From: Takakia lepidozioides | Lineage: Eukaryota; Plantae; Bryophyta | Direction of reading: 5' to 3' | DNA: 64,000 bases | Assembly: GCA_030704615.1 (NCBI GenBank) | Contig: CM060734.1 | Coordinates: forward strand, 8,804,001-8,868,000 | Shown: positions 32,330 to 45,320 of the stretch, one piece after another | How the letters are laid out: each line of letters starts with the position of its first letter | Position numbering within the stretch: position 1 is the first letter of the stretch | The notes under the pieces: generated by a model | The model's input: the letters and a program-made list of their open reading frames with translations, nothing else | What the model was told of the DNA's origin: nothing | Databases searched by the model: none | Program-made: the position numbers and the translations under genes

Positions 32330-35300
32330 ATGGCGAGGAAAACCGAGCGCTACAGTGTACTGCCCTCCTCACGAGCATAGAGCTTCATTTCCGTGCAGAG
32401 GGGACACCTGCCGGGTGATGGAGAATGAGGAAATATCTGTGGCGTTCGATACCACCTGAAACCGGGGTCGGTTTTTTTGGAGGAGGAAAGGAAGGGACTC
32501 AAACGGCCTTGTTGTCGAGAGTATTGTTGTGCTCCACGATGATTTCGGCGATGGCAGGGGAATGGCGAGTTCCACCATCGGACAGCGTCATATACAGGGC
32601 TGTTGGGGACTTCATTTGCCCGCCAAATGCACCGTCTATCCTGGCGCCTTCCACGAAACAATCCGCGAATCAGAGAGTGGGTACCTCAAAGAGAAGAAAT
32701 CCGCAACGAAAGTAAATCCAGAGCCGAACCCATCCATGAAGACGACCGAGAACCGGGTTGTTCACAACCTGTCCGACTCAGACGAGGTCATGGAAGTTCC
32801 GAGGTCGTCATGGAGATCAGGCAAGTCCTCAATGGACGTCAGTGGAGGAGGGAGTCATATTCCCAGCACGAGCACCGCAGTTCGATCTATTCTAGAAATT
32901 CTGCGAGGCTTCACCTGGAGGGACACCGGTCGGAGCTGGCCGGGCTGGACTACAGCAAGTTCGCAATTAAATCGGTTACATGCCTTCCCGCCGACGTCGA
33001 CCGTAATATCTTCTTGAGTTCCCTCCTCGGGCGGGACTACTCGAGGGCGTCCGGAATGTTGACAGATATGGATAGAAAACATGACGGTCATCCTTGGTGC
33101 GTTACCAAAACCACCAGCATGAAGATGCTTGATGATGTGCGGGTGCGCTACGTTGTTTGTGCGGGCGCGTTGCGGTGTTTCTCCCCAACTTGCTTCCACT
33201 TTAAATCCAGAGGTCACAGGAACGAGACCGATTGGACAGGCACAGCTCACCAACCATTTCGAGCTCAGGAGAAGGTTCTGATCTCCACATTTAAGTGTGC
33301 GCATTGCAAAGAACCACCACACTGCATGTCTGTTGTAATGCCAAGCAGTCTATGTGTTGCACCGTTTCCCTGACCTCACCCGAGCTTTGCATACACGTTG
33401 GTTCCCATTGTCACAAATTGGCGAGGGGGGAACTCGCGGGAGGCTGCCCACGAAGCAGAGCAGCTCGTTCAGGAGGAGGTTAAGTTGAGACCGGGTGCCA
33501 AACCCAAACAGATACAGCTCCAAGCCGCCCATAAGATGGCATTGGCCAGAATTATGTCGGAAAGACGGCTCGATAGAGTTCCTTCGACGAGAAGGAAATG
33601 GAGGCATTGCTGGAGTCGGTGTCCCACGTATGTTCACCGAATGTCCGAAACCACATTGTCTCATGCAAACAGAAAATTGGGCGTGGCTCGGATATGCACT
33701 CCATTCTGGGGTGAATGAAGCGACGATGTGGATATGACTACATTCATGGAAGTAGGTTTCCAGGACAAGGGTGAGGCAGATCGTTGTTTCGTATTCAAAA
33801 TGTCACGTGTGGACCTGGCAGTGGGTCGAACTGGTCGACAGGATGACGAGTGGGAACTTGTCAAACAGTTGGAACATGTTCGACCATATCAAGCGAATTT
33901 ACAAATCACCAGTGGGGGTGACAATGGGTGCATATGTCTACGACACCCACTGCAGGTGCTAATGGACAATTGCTATTGTGAGATGAAAGGAGAGGACACA
34001 CATCAGAGATGCTTCTTTGGCAGGGAATAAACGAACAGATGGCAAGGCGGGATTGCCCCCTCCCAATTTCCGTGGTTTCATGGCGGACAACGCACAGCAA
34101 ATTGGGCTGCCATCCGAAGGGTGTACGGGCAAGACCCCAATGTTCCCATGGAAGGCAAGGAGAGATCTTGTGGGTTCCATTTTCTGCTGCAGAGCCTTTC
34201 GCAGTACACAACCAGGCTCGTGCGCCAGATTTCAGAGAGGAGCACCGTTCCATGTGCCTTGCGTGGAAGCGCGCTCCACCTTGGATGATGCAGAGACACA
34301 GTTTGCATGCATACGGGCTTGGTGGACATCGTCAGGTGCTGTAAGGAAATCAGACGAAGGAGCAATGGTCAGTTGGCTAGCATGGTGGCATTATCGTTTC
34401 CTCCAGTTTGGCGACTATATGCGGGAGGTGAGTTGCACGAATTCGCGTCCCGTTGAATATTATTCTTGGCCATATTTGTAACTTGCTTGTAACCTCAAAA
34501 TGTGCTTGTGCAGGAAATGTGTCTCGACTCCGACACCGACATGCCCACGACAAACATGGCCGAATCAGTGCACTCTTCCTGGCGTGCCTCCTCTGCGGCG
34601 CATTTGGTGGACATCCTCACTGCCACAACGGAGGACATTGTGAGGTCAATTATGCAGCCAATGCAGGTACAACGAGTTCTTGAAAGGGAAAAAACATGGG
34701 CTGGGGCGGCTGGGGACGGACAGGCAGGAAATGCTGATGCGGACGCCTCCAGATCGAAGAATCCTCGGAAGTGGGCGGCGGCCTTGCGAGAGGGCCTTCG
34801 GGACACGCCATTGCGCGAAGAGGCCAACATTTGGAAGGAGATGTTCATACCCGTCCAGTGAGACGAAGACTTGACGAGGCACTGGCGGAGAAGAGGATTC
34901 ATGGCGAGCTGACAAGAATATTCGCACGCTCCCTCGTGGTCCGGTGATGTTGTCCGAGGAGGTCTCGTCGAGCACCGGAAGTCCTGCACGTTAAGATCGT
35001 CATCTCCTTTGAGCACAGGGCGCGTGCCCCGGCAACATAACGAGCCATCTGTAGTAAAGCAATACAACATTCCCATTGTGGAGACAAGAGTGTCGGGTCA
35101 CAGTGGAGAATTGCGAGGACATGCCGGCATTTCGAGGGAAGTGTTGCGCCATCCGGGTGGATACGAGAGCACGCTGTGTGTGAGATTGATTCGGAGGAAC
35201 CCACACGGTGCTGTACCTGCACCTTGTTTCAGCGGCAGATTTTTGACTCCCACATTTGCTCACGCCACACGCAGACATTTGGTTCTGTAGCACGACATAA

Positions 35301-35915
35301 GACCTGTTGTATTTGGCAAGCCCAAGTACGGGATTCAGGGAATGCCGGAGCCTCCGGGCGTCTGGCCTGTTGCACCGGGTTGCAGCCTCTCTCAGAATGA
35401 GGCGGATGCTCTATCTGTAGCAGGATTTCGAATGGTGCAACGCACAGACATCCGGCCCACGCATTTCCGGTTCCTCAGACCAGCCATTGCAGACTGCTCG
35501 GTCCAGTAGTAGAGAGACGGATTGGACAATTCTGCACATCCACAATGCGATTCGGAAGAGTGAAGAGACGACACCCTCCCAACAAGTTGAATGAGACTCG
35601 GATTGCCAATGCTCTTGGGATGGCTTGCACTATTCAGAGCTCCGTGGACGTACCCCCACCCGGCCTTGGGCGTGTGTATCGGATGGCAACGGCCGGCTCG
35701 GCTGTACGCGACGATGTATACAAATACGATTGGAGTGGAGCCGACTTGCAACTGTACGGACTTCTCGTTGATGGAAGCAAAGAAGGGTTCGAAGTATATC
35801 CGTGCAAGCATCTGTATTACATTTACCTGAAGAGGTTGAGGATGAACGTGACTATGATGACTTTATTCATGCACCGGCGTTGAGCGTGAACGAGCTGCAC
35901 AAACTCCTCCTTAGG
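32330..35915 (+). pseudogene. MULE transposase copy D: GCM/WRKY-like zinc domain, DDE core, SWIM finger (heavily frameshifted)
   Basis: DGHPW..TKT...VCAGALRCFSPTC...CAHC..PPHC...CIHVGSHCH; DDE motifs as in C; PTCNCTDF...PCKHLYYIY. Confidence 0.85.
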
Positions 35916-36084
35916 GATTCCAGAAATCATTGATGGGGCAAACGGAATCCTCCATATGGATATTTTCAAATGGATTTTTGCCTTGTATCAGAATTTTTTT
36001 TTGCAGTGTAATGAAATGCACCCAAAACTCCTGGAATGAGGCAATATTCCATTCAAACTGAGATCCAACAGAAGCAGTTGTGGG

Positions 36085-36450
36085 GCCATTTCTGGAAAAA
36101 TGGCGCCGAATTTCTTTTTGGGGCCGAAAACTCGCTAAGTCCCAAACATGCACTGGTACCTGTTTGGGAAAATGGCGCCGAATTCTCTTTTTGGGGCCGA
36201 AAACTCGCTAAAGTCCCAAACATGCACTTGGTACCGTGTCTGGAAAAATGGTGCCGAATTTCTCTTTTTTGGGCCGAAAACTGGCTAAGTCCGAACATGC
36301 ACTGGAAAAATGGCGCCGAATTACCTGTCATGAGGGGACCTATAGCCGCGGAATTCGGCACCATTTTTCGCCAGAGAGACCTATTGCCGCGAAATACGTC
36401 GCCGTTTTTTCAGGTTACGGACCCTATTACCGCGAATTGGCGCCATATTT
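36085..36450. repeat. Subterminal repeats with AAAATGGCGCCGAATT (about 74-bp units)
   Basis: Cores at 36102, 36174, 36250, 36312; same asymmetric motif as the 95-bp intron repeat. Confidence 0.8.
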
Positions 36451-36519
36451 GCACATGTCGCTGGGAATTGGCATGAGCGGAAGACGAAATATCATGAGCA
36501 CAACTGTCAAAAATGAGAG

Positions 36520-37900
36520 TCTTTGTACCTGAGGAGCAGCTGATGGCATCTTATTTGCAAGCCAGAACTCTAATTTTCAGTCTTCTTCGCAAGGGGTGCA
36601 GAAGATGCCAGTGGTGGAAGGGCCAGTATTACCAATACAACAACAAGTGACAGTGGCGGTAGTTGACCCTGTTGTTACTACAGCCACACCACAGCCGCCA
36701 CAGCCTGAGGTATGGGGGGATGCTGCTTTTAACCCACCTAGGACTCCTGCTGCATGGGAGTACAGTCGGGCTATGATTATGCCCTTCAACCAAATTCCCA
36801 TTGTGTTGGATTTGGCTTGGAAGGAATTTAGTCCTCCGCAGTCGTTGGCACATTACTACCAGATGATGCGCATTTGGCTGCCAGTGGCAACTAGGACTAA
36901 GGTTCTTCCGAACAATCGACCCATTGAGGATCATCACTTTGCGACGGTACTGGCATGAAGCAGTACCATGTTGAAGGAATTAATTGCCCCAGATTGTAAA
37001 TGGGTACATTTATACCAAGACCAAGGAGGTGGTTAGCAAGTATTGTCATGGGCTGCGGATTATACTATGTTGCTGTTTTCTGGCACTTATCACATTGAGC
37101 AGCAGAAGATGCAATCGCGATTTCTGAGTTATCCAGTGGGGATCATTGGGTCTTACCTTCAGTGCCACCTCATATGTACCTATATGATGCAAAGGTTGTG
37201 ATGCAGAAGGATTCCCAACTTCATTCATGGTTTCATTCGGCTTGGAACAATTTGACAACACAGAAATTTGGCCCTGACGATATTTTCTTAAGGCCATGAG
37301 GCATGGAAATACTTGCACTGTTCCCAAGTCATTGACACACCACTCACTATACGGACAAGGAGTTCAGGGTGTTCACCAATTTTGCCATTAAGAGCTTACA
37401 ACAGGTTGTACAGTGTAAACTTCACAAACTTGGTGGGACCATTGTATGCCCCAACGGATTCCAGTTAGAGTTCGACCGTTTAAAACACATGAGGGGCGAC
37501 GAAAACTCTGATACTACTATTCTTCAGCGGACTCTTTTGACATGGCAGAGGACTACGCAATTTAGATGGCAGAGAAGAAACGACGGGGATCTCCTATGCC
37601 TGAGCGGTTACCACGATATCAGCCAAATGAGGGACTGACATTTCTAGGTAGTGCTCAATCATCTCCGTCCAACCAGTGACATGACTCGGGCTCGCACACG
37701 GAGTCCTTCACGAGACTCTCACCGTCAGAAGGGTGCTCGCTCACAAGGTTTGCTAATCCCAAACAGTAAACCGTGAGGACACGGCCTTTTGAGAGGGGGA
37801 GGGGTAAATGTTAGAGGGTGCTTGGGACTAGATGCTTTTGCAGGTTCTGTGGGGATTACCTTAATTTTTGCGCAGACTGAGACCAAATGAGCCTTAGGAG
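36520..37900 (+). mobile_element. LTR retrotransposon 3' region with an unknown ORF remnant, PPT (37791-37804) and probable LTR start TG at 37809
   Basis: EYSRAMIMPFNQIPIVLDLAWKEFSPPQSL is homologous to ORF 14052-15047; GAGAGGGGGAGGGG-TAAA-TG. Confidence 0.6.
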
Positions 37901-37944
37901 TGACAGCAGCGCACTTTTGGGGGGGGGGGGGGGGGGGGGTTACA

Positions 37945-38185
37945 CAAGCCCGACACAGCCCGTCACAGCCAATCACAGCCCGACACAGCCTGACACAGTT
38001 TCGCACAGCTGACACACTCCGTCACAGCCAATCACAGCCGACACAGCACGTCACAGCGCCACAGCCAGACACAGCCCGCCACAGCTTCACACAGCCGACA
38101 ACAGCCCGTCACAGCCGTCACAGCCAGTCACAACCCGACACGGCCTTACACAAACTCGACATAGCTTGACACAGCCTTGTCACAG
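37945..38185 (+). repeat. Minisatellite of ~10-bp units with CACAGCC core
   Basis: cgacacagcc, cgtcacagcc and aatcacagcc repeated about 20 times. Confidence 0.9.
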
Positions 38186-38699
38186 TACATAGGGAACAGT
38201 TATCATTGTGAGGAACGACATCTGCAGAAAGAACGTGTTACATTAGGGGAGACGGTTAATTAGTTAGCAAGGCGGTTAGAACAGCTTGTAGGTAGATAAC
38301 GCGGAGAGCGGGGACTTCTAGGGACACTTCAGGGGGGAGTGGAGATCAGGCGAGGAGAGCAAGAACGAGAGCAAGGAGTAGGAGGAGAGATGAACAATAG
38401 TGCTTACTTCATGCAGAGCGTAGTGTGTAGTGTAGTGTAGAGTGGATTAGAGTAATTGACATGGGCCTAGTACTGATAAATCATAATCTGATACTTATTC
38501 GATACAAGCAAACTGTGTAGAGAGACATGAGTGAAGCTTGTTGAAATGAATGAATGATAACTGGAACTAAGAAGATACTGAAGCAAACTGATGCATTCAG
38601 TATCAGATAAGGTAAATGGTTAACATGAGGGCAAGAAGGAATACAAAGGGAAGCACAACCATGATTCGTAGCTGCAGGTCATGACTGATTGTACTGAGC

Positions 38700-41600
38700 G
38701 GGCTGAGTGCTTAGAATATCCAACTCTTCTATCTTGGAGTTCCACCTCGGATAGCGAAGGGATGGGTGAGTAAAAGCCGCTCGACAACTGGGGTAGGAAG
38801 CGTTGGCCCTTCCATTAGAGGTGCCTTGAACTCAAGCCCTCGGCGATGGAGGGGCATTGGGAGAGGAAGATTTTCCCTCTTCTTCCTAGGCTTGGCAAGT
38901 GCTTTTTGAAGGGATTAAAACATATCCCGGCTATAGGGGGCTCGGGGGGCCTAGGCGGTAGGAATTAGACAATAAAACACAAAGACTTGGAAGAGAGTTA
39001 CTGAGTAGATTGTAGGATACCGTAAGACTTAGAAATGCAAACTCGCCATGTGAAGAGGAGTACGTGATTTCTCTTTGCCGGTAGGACTTAGATAGTGATT
39101 ATAGCCACCATGTACGAACAAGGACCCCCTGCACTAACCGCAGTCGGGTAGGCGGTTCAGTGAGCCCAACCTACACCGCAACTTACCACGACCCCCCTAG
39201 ACCTTGACCGCGCGCGCTCAGGGCTAGTCAGAGTGCGGAATATAGGACATATTGTATTTGGCGAGTGGTACTACAAATGGCACGGAAGCCTTCTTGGGGG
39301 TCACTAAGAATGCGGTGCTGCTCTCCATAACAGGAGAACATTGTGGTTAGCGTACTAGTGAAGAGTTTATATATGGTGGTGGCTAAAGCTATAGGGCGGT
39401 AGTTATTGAGATCTGTGGGGTCGCTATTTTGTAGAGAAGGATAGTACGACTATGTTTCCAAGATGGAGGAATACGTCGTAGGCGATAACAGAGGTGGAAA
39501 ATTTGAATAGAGGGAGTGAAAATGGGGATTAGAGCTTGGAGTATGGCATTGGGGATGAGATCGGGACCGGGGGAATTGGATTGGATAGGGATTTGAGACA
39601 TGAGTCGTAAATAGTATGTGAAGAACGAGTGAGGATGGTTATCCTCAGGGGCCCCACATTTATCTAAGGAGAGAATCCGTCGAGTCATGCCAAGGTAGTC
39701 TTTGACGCTGCATAAGCAGTCGTTAGTGTGTTTGCTAGGGTGGAGGCAGTGCTTGACTGTGGGTGTGTAGGAGGCTGAGGCTTGCGCCCAGATTTCATTC
39801 TTAATATCGTCCGGTGGGTTAGAGGTGGCCATGTCGGTTGTCTGAGGCAGTCGATAGGGGGGTTGAGGGCAGGGTTGAGGCTTTATGGGCGCGCTTAGGG
39901 TGATCACGTAAAAGTTTCCTGAAGGATGAGACGAATTTCTTGTGATTGGCAGTGGCTTTTTGTTTGGTGATGTTATATGCGGCCTTCTTTGCATCCTGCC
40001 GATTTTGGCAGGGTCAGAATCCAGCTGGGTATGGCTGTGTGGCGGTCGGACGGCGGGGGGGGGGTTAGAAGTGGTTGGCAGAGGGGGATAGCGTTAAGCA
40101 CAAGATACGGTGATTGGTGGACCAGCTGTTGAGTGGGGTGATGGTGGGTGTGCTGGGGATAATCGTGAGGGCGCGACGTATGGTGTGGTATGTGTGAGAT
40201 GGGAGGGTCCACTCGCGTTTTTGAGTGCGTGTAAGGTAGCCCCGTTTTGTTGTGAACGGGGGTTTGAGGGAGTTCCGGGGGGGAGCGGAGCAGTGGCGAG
40301 CACGCTGGTGGTCATGAGTTGTAGGATGGATATGAGGGTACGTTCAGCTGCAAGCCACGTGGTTTCCAGGGTTGGGAAAGGTTCGAGTTGGATAGGGTGT
40401 GCGAGAGGGTGAGCATAAGGTGGAGGCGGGTGGGTGAAATGGGATTGAATGCGGGCTAATTACTATAGGGTAGAGGGGAGAGGAGACATGGTTGAAGGGG
40501 TGGTGCCTGCGTGACGGGAACTGGTTGAATTGAAAGGGGATGGTGATGGGGGAGGGAAAGGGAAGCGGGTAGTGGTCGGAATTACATAGGCTATCAATAT
40601 TACATGGCTTTTGCAAGTGAGGAGGGATGGCCTCGCTGGTACGTAGGTAGAACCATCAATGAGGCTTAGTGAGGAATAATTGAGGCCCACCTTGTCTAGA
40701 ATAATGGTGGTTGAGTGATATATGCAAGGTGATGATGGGAGGTGAATTGGGCCCAGTCGGTCAGCTTGGGATGGTGGTTGGTGCGTTGCCTTGAAAGTGT
40801 GCCATAGGAGTGCAACATCTCTGTTGAAGTCTCGGGCCATTATGACGTGGTCATGTGATGTGTGGGGTGAGTAAGTGCGATATGGTACTGAGAATTTCAG
40901 GGATGGATGAGAGGTCCTCGGTGGTGGGATGGCATGTAGAGATGAATGAGTAGAATAGGGCAGAGGGCCGGGGGGTGAAGGTGTAGGATTTGGAGGGGGA
41001 GCGAAGATGGATGGGTACGGTTATCTTAGTGGTGGAGGGAGCTAGGGGAGTGGTTGCGAGCGCAGGATGCCAAATGCCACCCCACCTCTTGTGGGTTTAT
41101 AAGGTGTTGAGCGCCTGAGGAGGCACTGTGGTGCAGTGAGTGGGTTATTGTATAACAAGTAGTAGTCGGGAGAAGTTTGTTAATGTATGAGCTATTAGTG
41201 TTACTGGTATGCAGTTTGGTTTCTTGTAGTAGGATGATGTGGGGGCAGGAGGTCAGTGAGTTGATGAGGTGGTGAGGCTTTGTATACTGGTAGCTAGGGA
41301 GCCTATGTTCCAGGAGGTGATATTAGGGAGCTACTGCTAGTGGTGGGCGAGAGGCTGGTTGAGGCGGGAGTGGTAGTGATGGGTGGGGGGGGGGGGGGGG
41401 GGGGGGTGGGTTAGGTGGCTGGGATGGAGGGAGAAGCTCGGAAAGGGGTGTGTGGTGGCTCTTAGAGTGGCTAAGAGGATGTCTTCGGAGAGGAATGAGA
41501 ATTTTTGAGTGGTTGCGGTGGCGTCCGGATCTAGGTTGGTGATGGTAGCCAGGTGGGCTCCGAGGGCTTTATGAATTGTACCTGGGTGGGACCGTAGAAG

Positions 41601-44600
41601 ATTTAGGGAGGAGTGGATGGTTGTGTAGGGGGGCGGCGGTGCTAAGTAGTTATGGGGGTGCGGGGGTAGGTCTTGTAGTTGTGAATGGAAGGGACGGAGG
41701 AGGGGTTATGAGAGTGGGGAGTGAGAAAGCCGTTACATGTATCCGGCAAGGGAGAGATGAGTATTATGAGAGCAAATAGAAGGTGGGACTGTGGAAATGC
41801 TTTGGAGATTTGTAGGGTTTTAGATAGCGCTAGGCCAGGATTAGTGGGGAGTCCAAAGGTTGTAACAGGGCTATTGGTGGGTGGTGTGTGGATGAGTCGC
41901 GGGGGGAGAAGGGAGCAAAGTGGTTGGTGATATGTCGATAGTTATGCATTAGTGACATGGTGTTAGGGTGAAGTATAATGCATATCTGTATTGTGCACGA
42001 TGGGGGACTCGCTGATGATTTCCTCGCGGGTAGAAAGGTCCGAGATTTGGATGTATGTCCCACAGCGGAGAAGAAGTAGGGGGTCAGGCAGATGTCCGTG
42101 TATAGGTTGTTTTGGTTTGGGGGGGGTGATGATAAAAGTGTTTTGACTTATCTAGGGGATATCAAACTCGGGGGGGAGTACATGGAGGGTGGGGTTGGGA
42201 TCCATGGCGGGTTTAAGAGTGGCTGGCGGGGGTTTAAAGAGCTGCTGGATAATTAGTGTAATGGTGTGTGGTGGATTGGAAAGGGGGTGGAGTGAGTGTT
42301 GGGAAGAGATTGAGTGGGTGGAGGAGAGATATGTATAAGAGCCCAAGGTAAGCGCCTTGGGGTTGGGATCAAGGGGTGGGAGGGGGGGGGTGGGGCGGGG
42401 GACGGGAAAGGGCAGGGGTGTTAGTTAGGGAGGATGGTGGCTGGGGGGAGGGTAGAGTAGGCGGCTGTTGTAGGGTAGTATGGGTGGAATGAGGTGCCGG
42501 GGATATCTGGATGGAAGTAGGGTGAGGGTCAGGGGGGAGAGTTGCGTGGTGGACAAGTGGGTGTAAGGGGTAAGGATGAGTGTTGATGAGGGCATTCATG
42601 TGAGTGGGGGAAATGATGGTTAAGGTGCACGGACTATCCAGGCGGAATGATTGGGATTTTGAATAGGGGTTATGTGGCGCGTATGATCATCGGCCACGTG
42701 CCAAGGAGCAGGGCAGGTGATGGGTTACTGTGACGGGAAAGGCTGGGTGGGCAGGGAGACGGGAAAAGCTGCTCACTCTGGGGCGATGGCAAATGAGGCA
42801 GAAGAGGCGGGTTAATGGGGAACACACAGTGGGGAAGCCATGCATTGCACCGGATGTTATGTGGGAGTAGTGAGGTGGCTGAGAGAGCGGGTAGTGCAGG
42901 TGTGTTGGTAGGGACGCGGTCGTGGTACTTTGCATCATGGATTGCAGGTGGTCTAGAATGCCATCACGCGCGCAATGGCAGCACTGAATCGCGACAGGGG
43001 GAAAGAGGGGGGGGGGGGGGGGGGGGTGGGGTGGAGTAGGGGGGTGCTTTGACAAGTGTGGGGCAGAGCAGGGGAGTAGAGAAGAGATCACGACATTGCA
43101 TATTGGAATTGAGAATTACAAAGTGGTTGTGGAAAAAAGTGTGAGAGAGAAGCTGTGTGAGCACTAAGAGAGGGAGAGCAAGCTGGCGCTTCTATGGTAG
43201 GAAACTTGGCCATGGCGATCGTCGTAGGACTTAGGCATTGTCCGTGTTGGCATGCATGGTGAGAGTGCTCGTCAATGAGCGTGGTGGGTGTGCGTGGGCG
43301 GCACAGGGTCAGGAAGCGGCCGGAGAGACGCTTTGGCAACGGTGGTTGGCCCGAATAAGAAGCCCGGGGGAGTGGAGAACAGGAGCTCGATCAGAGCCAG
43401 GGGCCTGGGGCCTCTACCCTGCACATCCGCCATGGTGCCATGGGAGACGTGTGTAGACACCCTTGGGGGGGGGGAGGCAGTTTGTCCAATACTAGCTTAG
43501 CGTGGTTGTAGAAGTTTTCCAGATTAGCTCCAAGATTTTTGGTGATGAAGTCTTGGAGAGATACAAGGTAATTGTGGTGAGCTTTGTGCTGGGTTGCCAT
43601 GGTGAGGGCGACCCTGTTCTCCATTCTTGCCAGATCACCCTTGAATTCGGTTTTGATAGAGTGGCGTGCGTAGCCAGTTTCTTGTCAATCTCCGACATTA
43701 GAAATTCGTGCCCATGCTTGGAAGTCGATGTGATTTGATGGTGAGGGAGTTGACAGTGTCGGCAAGTGCTTGGTTGATGTTAGCAACTCTCAGTCGTTCC
43801 AGAATCTCGGCTGCTGGGTGGGTAGCCCCATTGAGACTATTCGTGTGAGGCTCGAATTTGACGAGTCTGTTGCTAACTAGGAATGGCGGACGGTTGCACA
43901 ATGGGCATATCTATACACAGGGTTCTTGCAGGTGATTAGAGCCATCCCTGTGTGCCAAATTTTCTCCATCCTGTCAATGGAGTTGAAATGAATGTGCTCA
44001 ACGTTGTCTTTGCCAAAGATGCCATAGAGGGCATCTTCCGTGGCCGATTGTGAATGAAGTGGGTTGAGATTTTTGCCACCAGGGTGAGGGCATCGCACTC
44101 CGCAATGGCCTCCTGTGGTGTTGCAGTGATACCAGTCATACTGAAGCGTCATGTTCGTAGTTGTGGTTTGATCAACGTATGCTCAATCGCACCCCTTGTT
44201 ATAACATGCATGGTTGGAGTTGCTGCAGCAAGATAGATGAAACAAAACTTTGATGCTGGGCCTGTCTTCTGAACCTGTATGATTTCGAATTCGTCTCCAT
44301 GTTAGTGCGTTTCCATGATGAAATGCATGGTTAGCTTGCTGGCTATTTTGCCAAGTAGGATATCACTGTCCAAATAGAGAGGAGGTGGTCGGGTGAGGCG
44401 GGAAGGTCATATGCCTTTTCGATTTTACCTTGCATCTGCTCCCCGGATGCCATGGTCATGATGAATGCGCGGTTGCCTTGGAGAAGTGCGATGTCGTCCG
44501 TGGCTGGGTGCAATAGCTCCACCTTGAGAAAGCCGTTCCACATTTTATTCCCACGTTGGTGTAGGCTGTGATCGAGAGAGTAGAGGACCTTGCAAAGTGG

Positions 44601-45320
44601 GATGTTCATGACTTCAAGGCGTTTGCGGGCCCGGTTAGAGCGCTTGCTCTTGGGCATGTCGGTGTTGCTATCAAAGCGAATCAGATTGTGCGGGGGGATG
44701 AAGAAGTGAGAGCTGGCCCGATACGGGGTCAATTTGGGTGCCTTTGGGGAGCTGCGTGAGGGAGAGAAAATGGCCTTCTCGTCCATCGTGCCTCACTGAA
44801 GGGTAGTGTAGTTGGGGGACGTGCGGGTAAGCCTTGGGGGCAGTGGCGCATTTCGTGAATTTCCGAGTTGCAGAGGCCAATGCGTTGGAGTTCAAACGAG
44901 GAGCGGTCCTCAGCAACCAAGGGCAATGCCGAGTCCCTCGCATGCTACTTGAGTGTGGGGTAGCCCATCCAAATAGGGAGCCGCGATGTGTTGAGGGGCT
45001 TGGTGTGCCAGTGCCTTTGGATGTTTTGGAGTCAGCTGGGCTACTGCCAGCCTCGCTGTTGGATTTGCTAGCTGACCGCTTGGAGTGGGGGGTGGTAGCT
45101 GGGAGCTGTATTGGCAAGGAGTTTGCAGTTTGAGGTGGGACGCGCCGTTTCCCGGGTGTTGTTGCAGAGGACGGGGTGGTGATGGCTTGAATTGCTGGAG
45201 TCTACTCAGTGTTGACCTTCGCAGGGGCTGATAGGCGTTCTCTGCTGCAAAGAATAATTCATCGGAGGGGTGCATGTCGCTGACATCCATGCATTCTTCC
45301 TGGCGGATGTCCATGTCATA
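38700..45320 (-). mobile_element. Degraded non-LTR (LINE) retrotransposon: ORF1-like remnants, APE endonuclease, RT
   Basis: Endonuclease: NITSWNIGS (~41310), HIILLQETK, HVIMARDFN, SDHYPL. RT: SPGPDLIP..IPPSWKHSRTILLYK, LATTIYKLFT, PQEGFR. Boundaries are approximate. Confidence 0.85.

Larger units (their letters stand above)
29892..36514. mobile_element. MULE-like copy D, a near-duplicate of copy C with many small indels; includes the most complete transposase and the subterminal region
   Basis: 29892-35091 parallels 25770-29391; 36330-36514 is homologous to the reverse complement of ~50996-51180. Confidence 0.85.

Noticed and set aside
38207-38625. Solo LTR (TG...CA; its start resembles 59637-59657)
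   Set aside because: No TSD, no terminal inverted match and no second copy.
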